Assembly: GCA_964447515.1 (NCBI GenBank)
Contig: CAYUSS010000004.1
Location: 532 to 64,531 of the forward strand
Direction of reading: 5' to 3'
DNA length: 64,000 bases
Source: an uncultured Candidatus Saccharibacteria bacterium
GTDB lineage: Bacteria > Patescibacteriota > Minisyncoccia > Minisyncoccales > GWA2-38-27
Positions 34,088 to 42,810 of the stretch are shown here, in pieces (position 1 is the stretch's first letter; every line of letters starts with the position of its first letter). A program made the position numbers and the translations under genes. The notes under the pieces are model-generated. The model made no database searches. It was given only the letters and a program-made list of their open reading frames with translations, and had not been told where the DNA came from.

Positions 34088-35353
34088 ATGTTAGATATAA
34101 AATTCATCAGAGAAAATCCGGATAAAATTAAAAATGGCTGTGAAAAGAAACAGGTCAAAGTTGACATTGGCCAGCTTTTGAAAATAGATAAAGAAAAAGG
34201 AAAGATTCAAGCAGAGTTAGAGAAATTATTGGCTGAAAAGAATCAAGCCAGTAAAAAAATTGCAGCGGCAAAAAATAAAAAAGAAAAACAGAAAATTATT
34301 TCTAAAATGCAAGTGGTTGATAAAAAAAGCGACAAGTTAAAAGAAAAATTGAAAAAACTTTGTGAGGAATTTGAAAAATTAATATATCAAATTCCTAATT
34401 TACCTTTAGATAATGTACCTGTTGGTAAAGATGAAAGAGATAATGTCATTTTGAAAAAAGTAGGAAAGAGGCCGGAATTTGATTTTAAGCCCAAAGATTA
34501 TTTAGAAATTGCTGAGGAACTTGATTTAATTGATATAAAGAGAGCAGCCAAGGTTTCTGGGACAAGGTTTGGCTATTTAAAAAATGAGGCAGTTTTATTA
34601 GAATTTGCTTTAATAAATTTAGCTCTGGGAACATTGATAAAAGAAGGATTTGCGCCAGTGATTCCGCCAGTGATGTTAAAACCAGAAATGGCTCGGGGAA
34701 CAGGCTATTTTGAAGCAGTTGACTTAAAGGAAGCTTATTATCTTCCCAAAGATAAATTATTTTTAATCGGAACATCGGAACAATCCCTTTTAACTATGCA
34801 TGCTAATGAAATTTTTGAAGAAAAAGAGCTTCCCAAAAGATATTTAGGTTTTTCTTCTTGTTTCCGAAGAGAAGCCGGTTCTTATGGAAAAGATACCAGA
34901 GGAATTTTTAGAGTCCACCAATTTGATAAAGTGGAGATGTTTAGTTTTTCTAAACCAGATGATTCTAAAAAAGAACATCAATTTTTTCTAAAAATAGAAG
35001 AAGATTTAATGAAAAAATTAGCTCTTCCTTATCAAGTGGTTAATATTTGTACCGGGGATCTTGGATTTCCAGCAGCCGCTAAGTATGATATTGAAACTTG
35101 GCTGCCAGGACAAGGGAAATATCGAGAAACTCATTCCACAAGTAATTGCACTGATTTCCAGGCTAGAAGATTAAACATTCGTTACCGAGATAAAAATGGA
35201 AAATTGAATTTCGTTCATACTGTCAATGGTACTGCTTTTGCAATTCCTAGACCCTTAATCGCTATTATTGAAAACTATCAGCAAAAAGATGGCAGTGTGA
35301 AAATCCCCCAGGTACTTCAGAAGTATATGGCTGGAAAGAAAATTATTAAGTAA
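34088..35353 (+). CDS. serS: serine--tRNA ligase
   Basis: N-terminal coiled-coil arm. Class II motifs FRRE.G..GKDTRG..RVHQF and TSNCTDFQARR. Confidence 0.92.
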   Translation: MLDIKFIRENPDKIKNGCEKKQVKVDIGQLLKIDKEKGKIQAELEKLLAEKNQASKKIAAAKNKKEKQKIISKMQVVDKKSDKLKEKLKKLCEEFEKLIYQIPNLPLDNVPVGKDERDNVILKKVGKRPEFDFKPKDYLEIAEELDLIDIKRAAKVSGTRFGYLKNEAVLLEFALINLALGTLIKEGFAPVIPPVMLKPEMARGTGYFEAVDLKEAYYLPKDKLFLIGTSEQSLLTMHANEIFEEKELPKRYLGFSSCFRREAGSYGKDTRGIFRVHQFDKVEMFSFSKPDDSKKEHQFFLKIEEDLMKKLALPYQVVNICTGDLGFPAAAKYDIETWLPGQGKYRETHSTSNCTDFQARRLNIRYRDKNGKLNFVHTVNGTAFAIPRPLIAIIENYQQKDGSVKIPQVLQKYMAGKKIIK

Positions 35354-35361
35354 CTATTTTA

Positions 35362-36132
35362 ATGGAAGAAAAAGAAGTTTTTATCAATGGAATAAAAACA
35401 AGCTATAAAATTGCAGGCCTGGGTCCTGCCGTTTTAATATTACACGGTTGGGGAGCGTCTTCAGATTCCTGGCTGCAAATTCAAAAAATTTTAGTTGCTC
35501 AAGGGTATAAAGTGATTTGTCCTGACTTTCCTGGATTTGGAAAAAGTCAAACTCCCCCCAGACCCTGGAATCTTACTGATTACGGGAATTGGCTGAATGA
35601 TTTTTTAAGTTTTCTGAATTTTAAAAAAATTTCCATTATAGCCCATTCTTTTGGCGGAAGAGTAGCTATAAAATTTGTTGTTAATTATCCTAAAAAAACA
35701 GAGAAATTAATATTGTATGCCTCTGCCGGCCTTAAAATAGAACCGGATATTGAAACAAAGATAATTCTTTTCTTAGCTAAAATAGGAAATATTATTTTTG
35801 CTTTTAAACCCCTGAGAATATTAAAAAATAGCATTAGAAAACTATTCTATATTCTTATAGGCCATAGAGATTATTTAAAAGCTGATAACATTATGAGGGG
35901 GACAATGAAAAAAGTTTTGGGAGAGGATTTATTGCCCGAGCTCTCTAAAATTAAGGTAAAAACTTTAATTGTTTGGGGCAAAAAAGATAAAATAGTTCCA
36001 GTGAAATATGCTTACATTTTTAAAGAAAATATAAAAAACTCCCAATTAGAAATTTTGCCAAAAGTCGCTCATAGCCCCCATTTAGAGAACCCGGAGAAAT
36101 TATTAGAAATAATAACCAGGTTTTTACGATGA
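35362..36132 (+). CDS. alpha/beta hydrolase
   Basis: HGWG oxyanion region, nucleophile elbow AHSFGG, and a C-terminal His (AHSPHLE). Confidence 0.75.
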   Translation: MEEKEVFINGIKTSYKIAGLGPAVLILHGWGASSDSWLQIQKILVAQGYKVICPDFPGFGKSQTPPRPWNLTDYGNWLNDFLSFLNFKKISIIAHSFGGRVAIKFVVNYPKKTEKLILYASAGLKIEPDIETKIILFLAKIGNIIFAFKPLRILKNSIRKLFYILIGHRDYLKADNIMRGTMKKVLGEDLLPELSKIKVKTLIVWGKKDKIVPVKYAYIFKENIKNSQLEILPKVAHSPHLENPEKLLEIITRFLR

Positions 36133-37634
36133 AAATATTTATTGCTGTTTTTTGGTTTTTTATTTTCATAAAATTGCTCTTTTTTTGGGTCTGGCTTTGG
36201 CAATTAAAAGAATATCGTTTAGGAAGATTCAGGGCCCACTTTGGAACTCAAAAAATAAAAAAAATAATTTTTAGTTTACATGGTATTAGATATCCTAAAT
36301 TGACCCAAAAGACCTTTATTATTTTGGTCTCTGGCATATTGATTGGATTTTTAATTTTGTTTGAGCTTTTTTCTTTACCCTCCCAAGTTTTGTTTAGCAA
36401 AATTTGGGATGGTAAACCAGAATATTTGTTTTATCTTTTGCTTCTGATTTTAATTATTTTAGCTCCAATAATTTTTTCTCTTTTAGTTTTATTTTTTCAA
36501 ATCCCTGCCTCTATTTTAATAAAGAGAATTTTAGAAAAAGCAAAAGAAAAAAGAGAAGAATTTAAAGACCTTTTAGTTATTGGCATTACCGGGAGTTATG
36601 GTAAAACTTCAACTAAAGAATTTTTAGCCACTATTTTAGAAGAAAAGTTCAAAATTCTCAAAACCCCTGAACACCAGAATACTGATCCAGGAATTGCTCG
36701 ATGTGTTTTAGATAACTTAACTTCCGAGCATCAAATTTTTATAGTGGAAATGGCTGCCTATAAATTAGGGGAAATAAAGCCACCCTGCCGGATGGTTCAA
36801 CCTAAAATTGGCATTTTAACCGGTATAAATGAGCAACATCTGGCAACCTTTGGTTCCCGGGAAAATATTATTGATACGAAATTTGAGCTGATAGAGAGTT
36901 TGCCCGAAAACGGAATTGCGATTTTTAATGGCAATAATAAGTATTGTTTTGAACTTTACAAAAAAGCCAAAACAACCAGAAAGCCAGATAACATTTTTCT
37001 GACCACGACCGGAAAAATGTTATCAACAGATATATGGGCAGAAGATATTAAAGTTGAAAAAGAATTTATTTCCTTTAAAGTTAATTCTGAGGGCGGAGAT
37101 TCGGCCAATTTTAGAGTAAATTTATTAGGCAGGCAAAATATTGAAAATATTTTGTTAGCTGTTTGCTGCGCCAAAGAATTAGGAATGAGATTAGAAGAGA
37201 TTGCCGCAGCTTGCCGGAAAATCAGACCAAAACAAGGAACAGCCCAGCTTAAAAAATCTAAGCAGAATTTAAATATTATTGATGCTACTTATTCGGCAAA
37301 CCCTGATGGAGTGATTGCTGATTTGGAACATCTAAAAAATTGGGAAGGCAAAAAAGCAATTGTAATGCCCTGTTTAATTGAGTTGGGAAAAGCCGGTCCA
37401 GAGATTCACAAAAAAATCGGCAAAAAAATCGGCCAGGTTTGCGATTTAGCCCTAATCACTACTAGAGATTACTTTCAAGAAATAAAAAAAGGAGCAATTG
37501 AAACTGGACTAAAGGGAAAAAATATTTTGTTTATTAAAAACCCAAAAGAAATTATTGAAAAATTAAATATTTTTGGCGGAGAGAATGATATAGTGCTCTT
37601 AGAGAGTAGAGTGCCAAAACAATTAATAAAATGA
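36129..37634 (+). CDS. murF: MurF-like Mur ligase (UDP-MurNAc-tripeptide--D-Ala-D-Ala ligase) with an N-terminal membrane domain of about 130 aa
   Basis: GITGSYGKTSTKE P-loop and the general Mur ligase layout. The N-terminus has about 4 TM helices and contains the palindromic insert at 36377-36413. Confidence 0.7.
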   Translation: MKIFIAVFWFFIFIKLLFFWVWLWQLKEYRLGRFRAHFGTQKIKKIIFSLHGIRYPKLTQKTFIILVSGILIGFLILFELFSLPSQVLFSKIWDGKPEYLFYLLLLILIILAPIIFSLLVLFFQIPASILIKRILEKAKEKREEFKDLLVIGITGSYGKTSTKEFLATILEEKFKILKTPEHQNTDPGIARCVLDNLTSEHQIFIVEMAAYKLGEIKPPCRMVQPKIGILTGINEQHLATFGSRENIIDTKFELIESLPENGIAIFNGNNKYCFELYKKAKTTRKPDNIFLTTTGKMLSTDIWAEDIKVEKEFISFKVNSEGGDSANFRVNLLGRQNIENILLAVCCAKELGMRLEEIAAACRKIRPKQGTAQLKKSKQNLNIIDATYSANPDGVIADLEHLKNWEGKKAIVMPCLIELGKAGPEIHKKIGKKIGQVCDLALITTRDYFQEIKKGAIETGLKGKNILFIKNPKEIIEKLNIFGGENDIVLLESRVPKQLIK

Positions 37635-38872
37635 ATCCTTTTCGTCCTATTTCTATATCTCTTTCACCAAATACCGAAAAAGATGATATTCGGCTGGCTT
37701 TGAAATTGTTATTTCAGTGCTGGAAGTGGAGAAAAGGTACAGCGATTCAAGAATTAGAAAATGAGTTTAGAAAATATTTCGGGGTCAAATACGCTTTTGC
37801 TTTCAACAGCGGACGGTCAGGTTCTATGGCGACTTTGAATTCGCTGGAGTTGAGTAGGGGAGACGAGATTTTGCTTCAGGCATTTACTTGTAATGCAGCA
37901 GTAAACCCGATAATCTGGAAAGGATTGAAACCAGTTTTCGTTGATTGCGACGAACAGACATTTAATGTTGATGTAGAGGATTTGAAGCATAAAATCACTC
38001 CCCGGAGTAGGGTAGCGGTAGTCCAGCACACTTTCGGCTTACCAGCCAATATGGATGAAATTTCAAAAATCTGCCAAGAAAATAATCTAATTTTAATTGA
38101 GGACTGTGCTCATTCGCTCGGAGCTAGATATCAAGGAAAGAAAGTGGGCTTGTTTGGCAGAGCCGCTTTTTTCAGTTTTTCTCGGGATAAGATTATTTCC
38201 TCGGTTTACGGTGGGATGGTAATAACGAACGACGATGAATTGGCAAGAAAAATTAAAGAATTTCAGGAAAATTGCGGCTATCCATTTTGTTATTGGATAT
38301 TTCAACAACTTTTACATCCAGTTTTAATGAATTATTTAATTCTGCCAACTTATCGAATTTTTGGAAAATATTTTCTGATTCTGTGCCAAATATTTCGTGT
38401 TCTTTCCAAAGCAGTTCATTGGAAAGAGAAAAGAGGGGAAAAACCCAGTTATTTTCCCAAAAGAATGCCGAATGCCTTAGCAATTTTAGCCCTTAATCAA
38501 TTCAGGAAATTAGAAAGATTTAACAAACATCGCAAAAAAATCGCTGATTTCTATTTTCAAGCCCTAAAAAACTTTTCTTTTGAACTTCCTCAAATTCCCC
38601 AAGGACGAGAACACATATTTTTGCGATTTACTTTAAGACATTCCAAAGCCCATCAGATAATCAAAAAGGCCTGGCGAAAAAATCTTTTAATAGGGGATTG
38701 GTATACAGCTCCAATTGCTCCGGATGACACTCAATTAGACGAAGTCGGCTATCAACCCGGCACCTGCCCTAAAGCTGAGAAGTTATCTAGGGTTACTTTG
38801 AATTTACCCACTCATATTAATATTTCTAAAGTTGATGCCGAAAAAATCGTAATTTTTTTGAAAAAGATATGA
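37631..38872 (+). CDS. DegT/DnrJ/EryC1/StrS family aminotransferase
   Basis: FNSGRS...LQAFTCNA...DCAHSLGA...FSFSRDK (PLP lysine context). Confidence 0.75.
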   Translation: MNPFRPISISLSPNTEKDDIRLALKLLFQCWKWRKGTAIQELENEFRKYFGVKYAFAFNSGRSGSMATLNSLELSRGDEILLQAFTCNAAVNPIIWKGLKPVFVDCDEQTFNVDVEDLKHKITPRSRVAVVQHTFGLPANMDEISKICQENNLILIEDCAHSLGARYQGKKVGLFGRAAFFSFSRDKIISSVYGGMVITNDDELARKIKEFQENCGYPFCYWIFQQLLHPVLMNYLILPTYRIFGKYFLILCQIFRVLSKAVHWKEKRGEKPSYFPKRMPNALAILALNQFRKLERFNKHRKKIADFYFQALKNFSFELPQIPQGREHIFLRFTLRHSKAHQIIKKAWRKNLLIGDWYTAPIAPDDTQLDEVGYQPGTCPKAEKLSRVTLNLPTHINISKVDAEKIVIFLKKI

Positions 38873-38927
38873 AAATGCTTCCCCACCCTGCCCCGCCAGC
38901 GCGGCGGGACGGGATGGGAAGAGAGGT

Positions 38928-39977
38928 ATGGAAATAAAAGAAATAAATAATAAAGAGGTTTGGGAGAATTTTCTTTTGGAATCTCAAGAGAAAACTTTTT
39001 TAGATTCTTGGAATTGGGGTCAGTTTCAGAAAATGATGGGTAATAAAATTTGGCGATTCGGTGTGTTTGAGAGCGACCAACTGATTTCAGTAGCTTTAGT
39101 GATAAAAATCAGAGCCAAAAGAGGGACTTTTTTGTTTGTGCCTCACGGACCAGTAGTAAAGTATCAAGTATCAAGTATCAAGTATCAAGTATTGGAAACA
39201 TTATTAGGGGAAGTTAGAAAAACAGCTAAAAGCGAAAAAGCGGGTTTCCTAAGGATTGCACCGATTTGGAGAAGAAATAGAGAAGATATTATTTTTTTTA
39301 AAAAACTTGGTTTTAAAAATGCCCCTATTCATATCCATCCAGAAGTAACCTGGGAATTGAATATCACTCCCTCAGAAGAAGAGCTTTTAATGAATATGCG
39401 AAAAACCACTCGCTATTTAATAAGGCAGGGGCTTAAAAACAAAGCTCTTGAAATTGTCAAAAGCCAGAATATTGAGGACCTGAAAATTTTTAATGAAATT
39501 TATCAAGAGACAGCTGCTCGCCATAGTTTTGTTCCATTTTCTTTAGAATATTTAAGAAATCAATTTTCGGCCTTTAATCCTTCTCAACAAATATCTATTT
39601 TTTTGGCTAAGTATAAAGAGAAAGTTATTTCTGGGGCAATTATTGTTTTTTGGCAAAACATTGCTTTTTATCATCACAGTGCTTCATTATCAAAGTATGG
39701 GAAAATCCCGGTTTCTTATCTTTTACAATGGGAGATAATAAAAGAGGCAAAAAGACGGGGTTGTAGTCGCTATAATTTCTGGGGAATAGCTCCGGAGGTC
39801 AGAGATAAATCTCAACTATCAAAGTCAAAGCATCCCTGGGTAGGTTTAACCTTATTTAAAATGGGCTTTGGCGGCTGTAGGAAAGAATATATTAAGACCC
39901 AGGATTTGCCCTTTTCCTTATTTTACTGGCTGACTTACATTTTTGAAAAATTGAGAAAAATTAAAAGAGGATTGTGA
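38928..39977 (+). CDS. FemAB-family peptidoglycan bridge-forming peptidyltransferase (carries an in-frame 35-nt heptamer array)
   Basis: FLDSWNWGQFQ N-terminus and the two-GNAT-like length typical of FemX/MurM proteins. Array 39160-39194 encodes KYQVSSIKYQV. Confidence 0.7.
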   Translation: MEIKEINNKEVWENFLLESQEKTFLDSWNWGQFQKMMGNKIWRFGVFESDQLISVALVIKIRAKRGTFLFVPHGPVVKYQVSSIKYQVLETLLGEVRKTAKSEKAGFLRIAPIWRRNREDIIFFKKLGFKNAPIHIHPEVTWELNITPSEEELLMNMRKTTRYLIRQGLKNKALEIVKSQNIEDLKIFNEIYQETAARHSFVPFSLEYLRNQFSAFNPSQQISIFLAKYKEKVISGAIIVFWQNIAFYHHSASLSKYGKIPVSYLLQWEIIKEAKRRGCSRYNFWGIAPEVRDKSQLSKSKHPWVGLTLFKMGFGGCRKEYIKTQDLPFSLFYWLTYIFEKLRKIKRGL

Positions 39978-39992
39978 AAAAAATCATCGCTC

Positions 39993-40084
39993 GGCAAAAT
40001 GATTTTCTTGAACAACCCCCGCCCCGCTGCAGCGGGGCGGGGGACCACATCCACCCACCTCATGCTCAAGAAAATCATTTTGCC
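39993..40084. repeat. nested palindrome: AT-rich 19-bp arms enclosing a perfect 28-bp GC palindrome
   Basis: GGCAAAATGATTTTCTTGA at 39993-40011 pairs with TCAAGAAAATCATTTTGCC at 40066-40084. Inside is CCCCCGCCCCGC-TGCA-GCGGGGCGGGGG at 40016-40043. Confidence 0.8.
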
Positions 40085-40116
40085 TCGCTTAATAATTCTG
40101 TTATTTATATTAAATA

Positions 40117-41013
40117 ATGAAAAAATACAGGTATAAAAAATTTTACAGAGCTAAAAAAAGAAAATCAATAATCCGTTTAATACTTTATTCTCGGGTTTTT
40201 TGGTTAAGTTGTTTGGTTTTAATTATTTTAGGGGTTGTTTTCTATTTGGTTATTTTTTCTTCTTTTTTTCAAATAGAAGAAATTAGCATTAGAGGCAATA
40301 AAAAGGTTTCAACTGAAAACCTTAAAAGTATTATTAACAACCGGATTAATAAAAAGATATTTTTTTTAAACTCAAAAAGTATTTTTTTAGCTAATTTAGA
40401 AGAAATGAGTAAGGAGATTTTAGAAAAATTTCCCCAAATTAGCGATACTGATTTAAAGAGAGATTTTCCAGACATTGTAACGGTCAAGATAGAAGAAAGA
40501 AAAGCTATTGGAGTTTGGTGCCAGCCCCACACCCTTAATGCAGAGAGCATTGAATCTGTTGAAAACAATACAGAAAAGGTGCAGGGTCAGGATAGTAATT
40601 ATTTCTATGTTGATAAAGAAGGAATAATTTTTGAAAAAGAAAAAGGAGACCCGGTCTCCTCTCAAAATTTAAGGATTAGAAATTTAGTTTCATCAATTGA
40701 GGATATTCAATTAGGGAAAAAAGTTATTGAAAAAGAACAGTTAAATCAGATTTTAAAAATTGAGTCTAAATTAAAAAATGACTTGAAAATTCCCTTGAGA
40801 GAAATTTCTATAATATCTGAGAAGAGATTAAATGCTAAAACCGCCCAAGGTTGGGAGATTTATTTTAATCCCAAAAAAGACATAGACTGGCAGCTGAAAG
40901 AACTTGATTTTCTTTTAGAAGAAAAAATTCCTCCTGACAAAAGGAGGAATATTGAATATGTAGATTTAAGATTTGAAAAAATTTATGTATTTCCGGAAAA
41001 CTATGGTCAATGA
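40117..41013 (+). CDS. ftsQ: FtsQ/DivIB-type cell division protein (POTRA domain)
   Basis: N-terminal TM, then the POTRA-like FQIEEISIRGNKKVSTENL. Lies in the dcw neighbourhood. Confidence 0.65.
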   Translation: MKKYRYKKFYRAKKRKSIIRLILYSRVFWLSCLVLIILGVVFYLVIFSSFFQIEEISIRGNKKVSTENLKSIINNRINKKIFFLNSKSIFLANLEEMSKEILEKFPQISDTDLKRDFPDIVTVKIEERKAIGVWCQPHTLNAESIESVENNTEKVQGQDSNYFYVDKEGIIFEKEKGDPVSSQNLRIRNLVSSIEDIQLGKKVIEKEQLNQILKIESKLKNDLKIPLREISIISEKRLNAKTAQGWEIYFNPKKDIDWQLKELDFLLEEKIPPDKRRNIEYVDLRFEKIYVFPENYGQ

Positions 41014-41017
41014 AAAA

Positions 41018-41040
41018 ACACGGGTCGGACCCGTGTTTTT
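41018..41040. terminator. bidirectional terminator between convergent genes
   Basis: AAAAAACACGGGTC-GG-ACCCGTGTTTTTTT. Confidence 0.75.
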
Positions 41041-42804
41041 TTACTCAATATAATAGACAAAAATTGAGTAACCGATTTTTGCAACAGGTTGGTATTTATC
41101 AAGCCAACGATAAAAACCAGAAGGTTGGTTAAAATCAGGAGCCGGCTTTCCTCTTCCACTTTGGAGGAAAGTAGCCGAGACAGCGAGATAACTCCCTTTT
41201 GGCATTTCTTTAGGATCTCTTGAACCCCACCAAGGGATATATTTTTCTTTTAGATAATATCCGGCATCTGCTCCGCCAAAATAATCAAGATAAATTTTAT
41301 CAATTTTGTTTTCATTTGTCCACTTATTTAATCTCTTTAAATCCTGCCCCCAATCTAAATTGGAATCAACCGTGTAAATATAACCATCAGCCGGTTCGCC
41401 GATTAACTCGTTAAAGTAAGCAAGAAAGTAAGGATAAATGGCAATTAGACTAATTGCCTGCCAGGTTAAAAGTAAAGTTAAAGAAATCATTTTTAATTTT
41501 AAAACAGGTGGTTTTAACCAGAGCGTTGTGGCTTTGCTTACTAATAAAATAGTAAAAGGAAAGACAGGTAAAAGATGACGAACGCCGATATTAAGATTAC
41601 TGGATAAACTTGTGGCCCAGTAAATTCCGATAAAAACAAGCATTGCAAATTCAGCAAAATGGCTATTTATCCAACTCTGAGTTTTTTTTAAAGGTTTGTG
41701 CCAAAACGGCTTTTTAATTAACCAAGCCAAATATAAAAGAGCCATTATTAAGAGAATATGGAAAGCTAAGGGTTCTTTGATAACATAAACAATTGGAAAA
41801 TAAGTTTTCCAGCCACTAGCCGATACTTCACCTAAAAAATAAGTAGTATTTCCGCCGCTTGCTCTTTGTAATACCATAAAAACACCTAATAAGTATTGGG
41901 CGGCCGGTCTTAAAATTGGTTTATCTGCCATCCAGACGATTGAATTGGTTAAAGGTTTAATTTTAAAAGAAGTGAGTATATGTTGAGTATCTTCTACTTG
42001 TTTTTCTGGGGGATAATTCCAAGTGTGAAATTGATAAACTCCCCAAATTAAAATGTAAGCGATAATTATAATTAAAATAAAAAGCAAAAGATATTTGCCA
42101 AAAACTCTTAAAAAGTTTCTAAAACCGGAAGATTTTAATATCGCCCAGACAATAATCAGAATTCCGAAAAAAGGGAAAAGTAGAATTACAGAAAACTTTG
42201 CTAATTGAGCTAAACCTAAGACAATTCCAGCTATAATTAGATTTTTTCGGGAGGTATCTTTTAAAAATTTTAGAAAATAATAAATGGCAATAAATACACC
42301 GGCGGCTGCCCCCACATCAGTGGTAACTAATCTGCCGTGAGCAAGAAGAGTGGGGGAGAAAGAAAATAGAAATAAAGAAAGGAGAGCGGTTTTGTTTCCA
42401 AATAGTTCTTTTGCCCAACGGAAGACATAAAACCCAAGTAAAATCAAAATTAAAATCATTGGAATTCTTGCCCAAAAAATCATTTTATCAACTGGATTTC
42501 CGCTTTTGAATAAGAAATGAGAACCAAAATCCCATTGGCCGTTAACATCTTCCTGCCAGGATTTTATTTCGGAAGGAAATTTTATGTTTTTAATAAAAAG
42601 TAGAGGCAGGGCAGATAAATCTTTTATCAATGGCGGATGCTCGGGATTAAGCCGCATATCTTTTTGGGTCAAATAAGAATATCCGGCCGGCAGATGGGCG
42701 AGTTCGTCCATTGTCAAAGAGTCGTTTTTTATACTGAGAACAGATACAACAAAAACAAAAACTAAAAGACAGATTGCGATAATATTAGTTAGACGATTAG
42801 ACAT
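41041..42804 (-). CDS. GT39/ArnT-like (PMT_2) phospholipid-carrier-dependent glycosyltransferase
   Basis: 587 aa, polytopic, with N-terminal loop motif DELAHLPAGYSYL. Confidence 0.7.
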   Translation of the reverse strand: MSNRLTNIIAICLLVFVFVVSVLSIKNDSLTMDELAHLPAGYSYLTQKDMRLNPEHPPLIKDLSALPLLFIKNIKFPSEIKSWQEDVNGQWDFGSHFLFKSGNPVDKMIFWARIPMILILILLGFYVFRWAKELFGNKTALLSLFLFSFSPTLLAHGRLVTTDVGAAAGVFIAIYYFLKFLKDTSRKNLIIAGIVLGLAQLAKFSVILLFPFFGILIIVWAILKSSGFRNFLRVFGKYLLLFILIIIIAYILIWGVYQFHTWNYPPEKQVEDTQHILTSFKIKPLTNSIVWMADKPILRPAAQYLLGVFMVLQRASGGNTTYFLGEVSASGWKTYFPIVYVIKEPLAFHILLIMALLYLAWLIKKPFWHKPLKKTQSWINSHFAEFAMLVFIGIYWATSLSSNLNIGVRHLLPVFPFTILLVSKATTLWLKPPVLKLKMISLTLLLTWQAISLIAIYPYFLAYFNELIGEPADGYIYTVDSNLDWGQDLKRLNKWTNENKIDKIYLDYFGGADAGYYLKEKYIPWWGSRDPKEMPKGSYLAVSATFLQSGRGKPAPDFNQPSGFYRWLDKYQPVAKIGYSIFVYYIE

Positions 42805-42810
42805 ATTTTT

